A DNA stretch of 63,396 bases, the filler included, from Craspedostauros australis (lineage: Eukaryota): the NCBI GenBank assembly GCA_030167865.1. It is 15 parts of 15 records of this genome, joined end to end, with 100 filler letters (N's around TTAATTAATTAA, not from the genome) between each part and the next. Parts side by side here need not be neighbours in the genome. Positions count along the whole stretch, not along the records: positions 13,231 to 15,474 come from JALAGF010000791.1; positions 15,575 to 17,441 come from JALAGF010000793.1; positions 17,542 to 22,302 come from JALAGF010000794.1; positions 22,403 to 28,446 come from JALAGF010000795.1; 11 more parts are not named here. One strand, written 5' to 3'. Every line of letters starts with the position of its first letter. Positions within the stretch are counted from its first letter, which is position 1. Made by a program: the position numbers and the translations under genes. The notes beneath the pieces are model-generated. The model ran no database searches. It saw only the letters and a list, made by a program, of their open reading frames with translations, and had not been told where the DNA came from. Shown piece by piece: positions 13,231-24,219 of the stretch.

Positions 13231-15474
13231 TGTCTCAGCCAGATGCGCGCGCCAAGCGGCTCCGCTGGATTTCAGGCCATACAAGGCCCGACAGATGACG
13301 GCAATCTTGCCTTGGTCGGACCCGAACTCGGGTCCGCATCGCGTGTATATTCGTTCTCTGCATGGTGCGTTCAGGTATGCGTTTTGGACGTCGGCTGCCA
13401 GTATGTTGCAGTCGTTGAGTGCGGCAAGTAGGAATGCGATGCGCACGCTCTCGCGTGACACCACACTCGCATAGGTGATGGCCGCTGGTGCCTCTGTCAT
13501 GTGGCCACCAGCCACCAAGCGCGCTTTTCGTGTGAGGTCAACCTTCACTGCGAAGATCATGTGACACTCCATGTATTGATGTCCAATGGGATTGGGAGTG
13601 TCGGTCTCTTTGATGTCGAAGGCAGGGCGTACGGCTTTCATCTCCTTCTCGATTGCTTTGCGCCACATATCAGTGCCCGATTCCGCATCGATGGCAAGCG
13701 CATGTCGTACGGAGGTTGGTAGCGCAACACCGAACATCTCTTGTTTGCGTACTTGTCTCCGTTTGGTTGCCATGATGATGCGCTGTCGCTTGCGGAGGGT
13801 GTGCGGCACCCACCACTTGAAGGCTGGCTCGTTGACAAGGAGATTGGCTTCCGCGTATTCAGCCACACGGACGGGGTCGGCCTCCTTCGCGTCTCGCAGA
13901 TGTATCCATGAGGTTGAGCCGTCTTTCCAACGTATGCACAGTTTCCATCCTTTCGTGGATTTCGTTTTGTGAGAAGCAAAAGAGACAGAGGGTAAGCGTT
14001 TGTGGTCGATGATCTTGTCCATGAGGACGGTCTCGTATCCATCGTCGTCGACACGAGCATAGATGTTTTCTGCGATCTGGTTGGCACTGAATGCCTCTTG
14101 ATGTCCATCGAGGAATTCAACCTCGTAGCGTGATGTGTCGAGCATCGGGTTGTGATGCGAATGGCCGATGAGGTTGCCATCTGCGTCTCGTTTCCTCCGT
14201 TTCACAGTGCCGAATCGCATCTCGTCCCCTGTCGGCAGGACGACCTTCGCTGTTATATACCGGTCGTACACTTCGCTGGCGACGTCTTCGGGTTCGACGA
14301 TGGGTTCCAATGGTTCTGTGTTCTGCAGGTAGGCGATGTCGGCAGCGGTGTCGTCGACTTCGTCGCCGTCGTCGTCTGGTTCCATGCCTTCCATGCGTTT
14401 GTTCCATTTGGTGCTGAGTTTGGTCATGAAGTCGGTTTGTTTCTGTTGGAGTACGTCGTCGTTTGTGTCATCGTGTGAGAGAGGCAAGACAGAGGATTTG
14501 GAAACAACGACGCCATTGGCGGTGAGTATGTACGAGCACATGGCCTCGCCGACAGAACGGCTTGGTCCCAGATAGCGTCCGAGTTGCTTCACGTTCATGG
14601 AGGCATCCTGTATGTTGATGTACCAGACAAAGTCAAACCATGCAAATTCAGCAATGTGTGAGATGTCGGCGGTGTCGCCAGACAGGATGGTAGCAGGCGT
14701 CTCGCCATGCAGGTCGTATACGGATAACGCCGTATGACTTCGGATCTCCGCGCAGTACTCAAAACAGTAGTCCCAAAGGTATTCGGGCGTATTCGTGGAT
14801 GTCATCAGTCGTCGGTAGTGACGACGCAGCTCGCGGATGGTTGCTTCCGCACGGTTTTGGTTGTGTATGTACGCCTCGATCGGACGTATGGACACTTGCG
14901 CCTTGTGCAACTTGCGGCGGAACTCGCCAGCCACAAGCTCTTTCGCGTTGTCGGGTATGATTGTGTGAGGGATACCGTGATCGCGAAACATTTCGTCAAG
15001 GGTGAGGTGTGCGTTCTTGCGTTCCGTCATCGGATAGACGCGAACCCAGTGGAATGGTGTGCAGTATATCATCGCACATTTGTTGCCACGGATTGATTTC
15101 GTTTTCGCGTGCATTGTGTCGGCATATACCTGCGTGTTCAAACGCCGGTAGCGTAGTTGCATCGCATATGGATTGAGTCGACGTGTCCCTGTGGTATTGC
15201 GGAAGTCGCGCATAGCCAGGTGTGTTGTGGCCTGCAACGTTCGTGTTGCTGCATCAACGCCGATGCGCCATCGTCGTGCCAGTACTTCTGGGGTGATCGT
15301 CCCCTTTCGGTTGGAGGACTGCGTTCCGCTGACTGCCTTGATGTCGCGTAATATGGTTGGCGACATGGATGTTGGCGTTGTGGGGACGGTCGTTCTGATG
15401 GCGTCCTCGTCGTCCCCTGCCGACCAGTGTGCTGGGTCCCAGGTGGACTCCTGTGTCATCATGACATGGATGCA
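13231..15474 (-). mobile_element. Ty1/Copia (CoDi-type) pol fragment: integrase, chromo-like domain, RT N-terminus; uninterrupted ORF
   Basis: Integrase YADTM, IPDNAKE, AEATIRELRR; chromo-like IIDHK...GWKLCIRWKDGSTSWI; RT KARLVAGGH, ADVQNAYLNA, ALYGLKSSGAAW; IN before RT is the Copia order. Confidence 0.95.
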
Positions 15475-15574
15475 NNNNNNNNNNNNNNNNNNNNNNNNNN
15501 NNNNNNNNNNNNNNNNNNTTAATTAATTAANNNNNNNNNNNNNNNNNNNNNNNNNNNNNNNNNNNNNNNNNNNN

Positions 15575-15654
15575 AGTGTGTATGAGAGAATAGCGGGTGA
15601 ACGATGCACATATACTCGTACATCTCGACATATACTCACATGTACATCTCGACA
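15575..15654 (-). repeat. Probable start of a 5' LTR (TGTCGAGATG... on minus), possibly of the Copia element to its left
   Basis: TG terminus, internal duplication of TACATCTCGACA, orientation fits the pol ORF; the link crosses a gap. Confidence 0.5.
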
Positions 15655-15867
15655 CACCCTCGGACAGAGTAGTCCTACCCCATGGTCGCGGTGTGAGTGC
15701 CAGGGATGTCTCTCAACGCCAGTGATTCCTCACCGAGATTATCGTTTTCCCCTCTTGTTCTCGCAAATTGTTTCGCGGAAAGTTCATCGAGTTCCAGGTT
15801 TGACAAGTTCACGATCAATAGCAAGAAGCTAGTGCCTTCAAGAGCCAGACCAAAAAATTGGCGATTT

Positions 15868-16134
15868 TTGGCTACAATTGGCTACAGTTGGCTACAGATT
15901 TTGGATCAGTTTTTCCCAAACTCCGCCTTCNNNNNATAGACACTCAATCCAACATCTCTTCACATCTACGTAAACTTAAGAGCCAGGGCTATCCAGGCAA
16001 GTGATAACATTATAATGTTGTTACTACCATCTCGTCGATCTTTATCTGTTTGTTGACCCCCTTGGTGTGGTTTTGCCTTCGGACGAAGGACGGACTGGTT
16101 GTTTTTTGGATATCGTTGGCTACAGTTGGCTACA
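15868..16134 (+). repeat. Five TTGGCTACA copies (3+2 tandem, 10-bp period), subterminal-repeat-like
   Basis: At 15868, 15878, 15888, 16116, 16126. Confidence 0.8.
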
Positions 16135-16466
16135 CGTAGAATTCTACAGGGGTCCGGTAGGATCTTGCCTCTTTCTTCAAGAAATTCGACCCTCCATCTT
16201 TGAAGTCTCCGCGCTGAGCATTCTTTTGCTCATTCGCAACAATGCGTATCATTTTAGAATCCCCTCTCCGAGGCCGTCACAACCATATGATCTATACATT
16301 GTTGGATTGCCATGGTGTGTTGGTATGCTTGCGTTTAGTGCTCCCATGCCAATCGGAATGCTATTTGACCACTCGGATCCACTCTCGGAAGCATGACTGA
16401 AAATTAATTTCCGTTATTCGTGTCATCATGACGTCATGAGGAGGACGTAGCAACACGACTGCGACC

Positions 16467-16994
16467 ATGGCAACAGCAACAGATGCAACACCAACAACAG
16501 GTGCAGCACCAGCTTTTCTCTACCCCAACCGACATCGTCCTCCTCTCTATCTACTCTCCACTGAACATCGCACCATGAAGATCCGTCCTGGAAGCCACGT
16601 ATCGAGTCCATGTGGACCTCTTGTGACCTCTGCAAACAGCAAGGGCAAGGTCCGAAGCATCCTGTATGGTATCGTCCTCAAGTCCCTCCCCAAGAATCAC
16701 TGGGTTGTGCACTGGCGTTCCATCAACGCAGTGTGTGAACATGCAGGTACCAAGCTGACTCTCCTTGACAAGACGCGAGTCGAATTGAACAGCAGCTGTG
16801 TTGAGGATCTCATCCGTGCGCAGAGTGTTGGGAGGGGATCGGCGGAACTAGACAAGCACTACAAGACGTTGCAGTACCACAACCTCTGCCGCAACACGTC
16901 CACATCCAACAACGCCCCTTATTCACACCGCACCAACGTCTCATCCCCAGGGAACAGAGACATGCGCCATGGGCATTCCGCCATCGTCATGACC
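16467..16994 (+). pseudogene. N-terminal part of a probable DNA-transposon protein, cut by an LTR insertion at 16995
   Basis: MKIRPGSHVSSPCGPL...KVRSILYGIVLKSLPKNHWVVHW beta-rich domain; the ORF tail is read-through into the LTR; transposon origin is inferred from upstream repeats. Confidence 0.45.
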
Positions 16995-17441
16995 TGTTGG
17001 CAAGTTCCGCTCACGGTAACCTACGATCGTGGAAGATGGTGTTGGTTGATAGTCGTCTGTTTGCTATTTCATTACTTGGCTACTCCGATGCTCTCGGTGT
17101 ACGCCGTTCTCTCGCCCGATGCTCTCGGTGCTTCAATCTGTTTCGTAGATTCGGTCTCCGACTATGAGTCGGTACGCAAGATGCTCTCTCGCTCTTCTCT
17201 GTATTCTCTCTCTCTCAACATCGTGTGCTCGTCGCGCACGATACTCCGTGTTCGATACGTACTCCGTATTCGACACTCCGTTCATTCAGTACTGGCTCCT
17301 ACTCCATGAGTACTCGCCATTTGAAGTTCACCTTCTGTATCCATGATGCTGATGCCTTTCGGTCATCGGATCTTTGCCTCCTGCTCTGACTTGGAGACAG
17401 ATGTCGACGTGGTGACATGATGACATCCTGTCGACGTCAGT
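16995..17441 (+). mobile_element. LTR family A, copy 1 (TGTTGGCAAG... terminus)
   Basis: Highly similar to minus-strand copies at 39531-39876 and 43050-43132; all three share the same TG end with different flanks. Confidence 0.85.
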
Positions 17442-17749
17442 NNNNNNNNNNNNNNNNNNNNNNNNNNNNNNNNNNNNNNNNNNNNTTAATTAATTAANNN
17501 NNNNNNNNNNNNNNNNNNNNNNNNNNNNNNNNNNNNNNNNNGCAACACGACTAATCCCACGTTGGAGGGCAAAAAACTCTACAACTAGTGCTATCGCTTT
17601 GCCGAGTGAGTGAGGTGGAAGGTAAAACACACAGTAATTGTTCAAAAGCACAGGCGACAAATGACGATATTGGACGATTTTTGGAGCGAGGGTTCGAGTG
17701 AGTCATACAATTTTGCGCTCCGTGTTAAATCTCCACGATAAAATCAATT

Positions 17750-17822
17750 TTGCGTCCTGACGCAAACTTATTTCGGGGTTGCGTCAGGACGCAAGAAAAG
17801 CCGTTTTTGCGTCCTGACGCAA
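17750..17822. repeat. Three copies of the near-palindrome TTGCGTC(CT/AG)GACGCAA in alternating orientation
   Basis: 17750-17765, 17779-17794, 17807-17822. Confidence 0.9.
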
Positions 17823-18789
17823 GGGTTTTGTCCTTGTGGATATGGGTAGGGTACCGCACCGAAAACGCAGAGTGATCAATTCATAGTTATTGGTGAGGAT
17901 GATTGTTTGTTATTGAGTTATTCGTATGAGTAGATGAAGACTGTTGAGTTCCAAAGATTGAGATCTTGGAACTGTGAGCATGAGAGGCAACTTGCAGGTC
18001 TCATGCGATTGCAGATGGAATATAACACAGAGACAACACGACAAATGTGCATGCTACTGCGTGGGTTCAGATTTGCAAAGTCAGAAAAACAAACACCGCG
18101 ATACGCCGTGTTGTAGTGTGCAACTCGTCACGATGTTGCGAGTAGAACGATCACACGATTGATCATATTCACTCGAGAAGGTTGGGGACGGTTCCGTATT
18201 TATTGGACCCAAGACCGAAGTCTGTCCTGATTGGGCAGAGTGGTTCATCTTGGCAAGAAATTCATTTCCGCGACATGTTGGAACTGGGATTGACGGGAAA
18301 ACGGTTCTTGCGACGCGAAATGCGAAACAAAATTGACACAACGGAATTTTGACCAGAATTTCCGTTTGGAACGGAAAAGGTAAGAAAAGTGAAGATTTCT
18401 GATTGGTCGACGGGTGTCGCTATTGTTAGGAATATAGCGTTGCGCTAATAATCGGTGTGTTGTGTCGCGAAGCCGTCACGTTGTGTTGTGGCACGGTCCG
18501 CGTGTGTTGCGGCGCGATTGGTGTGTGCTGCACAGCCATCACATTGTGCCGCGGAGCAAGGGCCACGTGCTGCGAGACGCACTCACATCTTGTGTTGTGA
18601 GTGGTTTCGCATGACGTCGAGTCCGTCCTGTGACGTAGAAGACGGATCAGGGAGGAACAACACGAAATAGCTCTAAATGTACAATCACCGTTGCTCCCAA
18701 AAGCAAGCAAACCAGTGGCAACAAGGGGCCAGAAGGGGCCAAAAACTCTACAACTAGCGTTATCGTTTGGGGTATTTTACATTCTCTGC

Positions 18790-21035
18790 AGCTAGTATGC
18801 AACCGTTGTGCAGGGACGATGCGTTTTGTGGATGACCGATATGTCCCTTTTGTGATAACACTTATGGAGGATCACCTTGCGGAACATGTGACAGAATTAG
18901 AGTCCATTCTTAATGCTGCACCGGGGTTCAACAACAAAATACTGTGGTACATGGCACACAAAGTGCGCAGTAAGGTCAATTCGGACAAATTGAGCAGTAC
19001 CTCAAAAATATCAACAACAGAGAGGATTGTGCACACGTGGTGCTGGACCACAAACAGAAAATTCTTCCAACCGGCCAAGGCAGGGCTCAACAAGAATACT
19101 GGGGCAAGGAGGGCATGTCTCTGTTGGGTGCGATGGTGATCACATGTCACAATCACACATTCACTTATCGCTTCATCAATATCATTGTGAAGGGGAGGCC
19201 AACTCAAGACACCCTACAAGTTGGCAGGCTTATCAAAATTGTGCAACAACAGGTGAGAAAAATTCTTCCATCAGTCACCGAAATTGTCATCTAATCCGAT
19301 AACGCGTCTTGTTTCGCGAGCCACAAGCACATCCCACTGATCACATCAGTGCTCAACAAGAACCTTGGAACGCGAAATGTCCCCAAGGTTTCTGCCTGGA
19401 TCTACACCGAAGCCCAAACTGGAAAAGGCCGCCTCGACACACGCTTTGCGTACATCACTATTGTACTGCGAGCGTACGTGCTGGAGGACAACGACATCAA
19501 AATAGAACACCAACTTTTTGATGCTTTAGAAGCTTGCAACATCGCGGGAACGACCACGGCTTTGGTGGATGCAGAATGCCTTGAGGGGCGTGTCCTGAGT
19601 TTCCCTGGCATGCCAAAGAAGCGTTTCTGCACGAAAGGGCAAAAGGCACGCCAAACGCATGAGATCAAGCTTGGAGACGACGAGGCGAATTTGGTGGCGG
19701 CATCCGGTGTGACAGACAACGTTCTTGTCCCGTGTGCCGAATGGGAGGTGATAATCAGCAATTGCATACAGGTCAATGAACCAAACACTGCACTTACGAC
19801 GCCGCCAGGGTGATCAAGTCCTATAGGTGAAGTTGGTTGTGTTTGGTTGTTGTGTTGCTAAGTTAGTGTTGTACTCAATTGATGATTGGGTTTGGATTAT
19901 GAGATGATGATCTCCTATTTCTAATGATGGTGCCTATTGCACGGTTTCTAACGTGCTGCTCGATTACCTCATGTTGTATCTCGCAGTCTTTCCTAAAACA
20001 TTGCCCAAGATGGCATGTTGATTTACACGATACTCCATGTTATTCTTGCCTTTGGGTCTTTCTCCATCTCTCCTGGTCTTGTCTAATCTTGATCTCTGTT
20101 TGATCATATATGGGTTGATCCGTCTACGTCGGCGGGGTGCATGCATCACCTCTGACGATGTTGTTCTGGATCCTAAATGTTGTTGCCACGTGCTCAATGA
20201 TGCACTTGGCTTTGCTAGACAAGTCAGCATACCATGACTAAGATATAATCTCGATTCCGAGGATCACAATGACCGATCCTCTGACGTCATACGATGATGT
20301 CAGTGCCTACGTCAGGTTCGATGACTGTAGTGACTGAATATCAATCGTGTATCAAGACTCACTCGACTATACTCTCAAATCGAGTCGAATCAAAAATAGT
20401 GAATCACATTTCAGTCATGGCAGATGGGTACCTAATTTCGATCTAGATGTTGATAGGAGGAATGGAAAATTAACCAGCTGGGTGTCTGCACCATTGCAAC
20501 GCACACGTCAAAAAAGGAACCGTTCGCCGCGGAATCGCCGAAGAAGAAGAAGACACGAAACCGCGGATCTACCGCGGTGGAGAGCAAGGCACTCGTCTTT
20601 CGTGACGCACTGATCATGGGGCAAGGAGAGCTACCACACAACCACACCGCAGAATTGAAAGACCAGACCGCGGAAGCAGAAGTCCCTCGACTCGCGGTGA
20701 AGGGCTGGGCAGTGAAAACAACGTGCAGCAACGCAGAGTTACCACGGTACGTACTCCAGAAATTGGATGAAATGAGCACGGCAGCCAAAGGGGACCCGAA
20801 AAATTGGCCAACAGAACACGAAGCGCACCGCTGATTGATGGAGCTGGAGGGAACAGAAACTGACTGGTACATCCAATTGCACGCCAGTCCAATGCGTGTT
20901 AAATCGTACTTGGCCGCAGCATACAACAACGCACAGCGCGCAGCAAAGAAAACAACCGCGGCACCAAGTACGACCGACAACAACGCAAAAATGGCATCAA
21001 TTTCGTCACCATTACCACCCTCACCGTCACCACCT

Positions 21036-21067
<32 letters not shown>

Positions 21068-21296
21068 CGCGTCTGTCATGGAACCATCAGGTACAAAGCC
21101 AGCAGAGCAGCAGCATAGCGAAGAAGAGGAAGAGATGGAGGAAGAGAACAGAGAGAACAGAATGTGGTGCAAGGCCAACACCACCAGGAGGCACGCGGAG
21201 AACGAAGAGATGGTCCCGGAAGAAGTGAGGGATGCGATTCGCACGAGGATGAGACGGAGACTGATGGCGAAAATGGATGAACAAAGTAAGGACTAA
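18790..21296 (+). pseudogene. Decayed DDE transposase, Sola3-like, split by a 707-bp insertion
   Basis: LDHKQKILP...QQEYWGKEGMSLLG, SDNASCF, EAQTGKGRLD, and C-terminal KGWAVK...RVKSYLA; frameshift near 19030, stops at 19292 and 20832; frame is restored when 19749-20460 is removed. Confidence 0.65.
19749..20455. mobile_element. 707-bp solo-LTR-like insertion with 5-bp TSD GGAGG and TG...TA ends
   Basis: GGAGG at 19744-19748 and 20456-20460; removal rejoins AEWE-EWKINQ in frame. Confidence 0.75.
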
Positions 21297-21847
21297 TTAA
21301 TTCAAAAAGAACGAGTTTTGGGATCATACGGGTCGTACCGTCTGTCAGTCAACCGTTGCGGTCATCTAGTCTTGTGCAATGACTCCTACACGCCAACGGT
21401 GTAGCAGTTACGTACGTGAGCATGTGTCAGCAACAGAATCCTGTCAGAGCAGGAGAGAACACACAATTTCGAGGACCACAGCTCGAAACAGCAGCAACAC
21501 AACAACAACAGCCACTAACGCTAGATAGGATCGTCTTCTGTGTGTCTTGAGGTCTCTCCTTTGCAGCACCTACCAGCTTGCAAGCATCAGAATTCATTCT
21601 AAAATGTGGACAAATTTGCCAAAACCAAGAACACAAACACGTTGTTTGGGATCGAACTTGTCGGATGTCCATCGCCCAGTTTAGGAGTAGTCCAAAAATG
21701 CGCACATTGACGGGTCCATAAAACGTAAACAATGGACTTTGAGATTCTGTTCAATTTTTCTGTTGCTATGGAGACTATAAGGAGTAGGCTTGTATGCTTA
21801 GTTTGGTTGTAATCGAAGAAAAAGTGCCACTCTACTTTACCAATGGT

Positions 21848-21933
21848 AGGTCGACTCACTGACCCGGTCTTAATTCAAACGGTTGGTGGACTCGCTGGGG
21901 AGGCTTCTATGACCCCACTTAGTGAGTCGACCT
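21848..21933. repeat. 13-bp perfect inverted repeat with 60-bp spacer
   Basis: AGGTCGACTCACT 21848-21860 and AGTGAGTCGACCT 21921-21933. Confidence 0.85.
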
Positions 21934-23066
21934 GCACTTTGTTACGGGACTCCAGAACTTTTGTCTCAGATATCCAAACAACGTACATATTCGTATTCTC
22001 CTANNNNNNNNNNNNNATAATTAACCATTACATTTTTGAGATAGATCCTATTTTAAGTTTTATGGACCCGTCAATGTGCGCATTTTTAGACTGCTTTAGG
22101 GACTCGGCCGTCTTCTACCGACTACATCGATCCAATTTAACCCTTTGCTGTTCTTCGTTTGAGCAAGGTTGTTCCGATTTTGAATTGTTTCGTCTCTTTT
22201 TCAGGTGTTCGGATGAGACCATCCAACAGTCCATCCACGATAGCACTAGTTGTAGAATATTGGGGGAAGCGGCGCATGCGTGTTTACGTTAATTACACAA
22301 TGNNNNNNNNNNNNNNNNNNNNNNNNNNNNNNNNNNNNNNNNNNNNTTAATTAATTAANNNNNNNNNNNNNNNNNNNNNNNNNNNNNNNNNNNNNNNNNN
22401 NNAAGGTGAAGGCCCAGCATCAATGAGAGAAGCCACCACAATGAACGCCTTTATCAGCGCAAACACAGATGAGACAACCACCACAGATACAAATGCAGCA
22501 ACAGAGATAGCAAGAGAGATGAGCAACGAAAGCAATGACAATGCTGACGGTGAAACCACCACTGCCAAGGCAAATCAAACAAACACAGCCACAANNNNNN
22601 NNNNNNNNNNNNNNNNNNNNNNNNNNNNNNNNNNNNNNNNNNNNNNNNNNNNNNNNNNNNNNNNNNNNNNGATCCAGAGCAGAGATACAGAGGTCATAAC
22701 TCACGGTCTGCATGGAAGGAAGCGGAAACGATGATATGCAATACGAATTATGTACACCAACGTATTCCACACAAGAGGCTCGCAAGGATGACTGTAGCAT
22801 AACAGTAGCACAACAGTATCATAACATTATCATAACAGTAGAGAAAGACAATATAATGCAGAGTAGAATCAGTGTTGATTGCTGTTATTGTGGGGATGGA
22901 GAGAGTGTTTGTGTAAGGAAAGAACGAAGGAGGTGCGTCTCAATGCAAAATCGCTGTGTGCGCAAGTTTACACGCAACAACACGAAGAATCCAAAAAATG
23001 TGACAGGGTGGGGTGGTCGAAGTAGTCTTTTCTCAGATGAGCGAAATTCGACTACTTTTTTGTGGT

Positions 23067-23184
23067 CGTAAGTGGACTCCTCAGCCCACTTACGGTAACT
23101 GGACTGAGGAGTCCACTTACGAAACAACAAAAATGGTAAGTGGACTGAGGAATCCACTTAGCCGTAAGTGGACTCCTCAGTCCC
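23067..23184. repeat. Four copies of a ~27-bp stem-loop motif GTAAGTGG-ACTCCTCAG-(T/C)CCACTTAC in both orientations
   Basis: Copies start near 23067, 23095, 23136, 23163 (last one partial). Confidence 0.85.
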
Positions 23185-23251
23185 GAAAAATTCCTTACGG
23201 ATATACGGAACAGGGACGCAGTAGCACGACTGCTGGGGGAAATGGACATGA

Positions 23252-24118
23252 TGTAACAAGACTAATTGCAGACACGCCGTGTTCCAGCGTGTAAATCTGC
23301 CTTCGCTTTGTTTGTTGATCTGTTGTTTTGAGCGTCACGGAACGCATTCGCTTTCTCTCACAAAAACCACAATTCGCACGATTAACATACGATTACAACA
23401 CAGACAACAACAGCAACCAAGACGAGCATTCCAACGCATGAAAGACAACCACCATGGCAGGATCAGCAGCTGAGATACAGAATTATCTTCGAATGTGCTA
23501 CTGTTTCCAGAAGATGCAATGGGTCAACCGTTGAAGGAGCAAGAGATTGTGTCATTTGACGACCTGCTTGCCTTTGATGATGAAGAGATCCAAGGCTTGT
23601 GCAAGACAATTTGACAAGGCAGTGGCTACTTTCAGAACCCATCATTCATACCCTCAAAGTCAGATACTGGAATACCAACGATGATCAAGAATCCAGGAGT
23701 GCCTTTTGGATGGGTCTACGAACAGCAATTGCGACAACTTCAATATTTACGATTTCATTACAGCCACATTCAACGGACTTTCACGTCTTCGAACGCCACA
23801 CTATCAAGATTGAGAAGTGTGTGGAGCCTGTTCAAGGAAGAGGAACGCATCAAGAAAGCAAACCCTTTGCCAGTACCAGAATTGCTTACCAAGATCGAGA
23901 ACGTCAGGGAAACATTGGAGGATATCAAGAACTATTTGGAGAATACACTTGGAAGCAAGGATGTGCCTTTGGCGTACGTTGTTCGACCAGATTTGGCAAA
24001 ACCAGAAGACAGATCTCCGCCTGTATTGAAAAGATTTGGAGAGCCGACAGTATTGGACGAACTCATCGATAGAGCACCACACGTGGAGCTGACCTACAGA
24101 ACAGATAATGCAACAGTT
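23252..24118 (+). mobile_element. CoDi-type Copia 5' relic: short LTR-like segment and gag fragment, truncated by Ambal copy 1
   Basis: LGSKDVPLAYVVRP...ELIDRAPH...YRTDNATV gag pattern (23681-24118); TG...CA segment about 23252-23371 is tentative. Confidence 0.7.
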
Positions 24119-24219
24119 TTAGTCCGCATGACCCTTCCACCAAGAAGACGTATGTAGGACCAGTACTAAAAAACTTACGTAGAACGTGTACAAACACTAC
24201 CAGAACAAAAACTTCGACA

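Noticed and set aside
16995..17309. Hydrophobic C-terminus of ORF 16467 as a membrane domain
   Set aside because: Translated LTR sequence, repeated at 39531-39876 and 43050-43132
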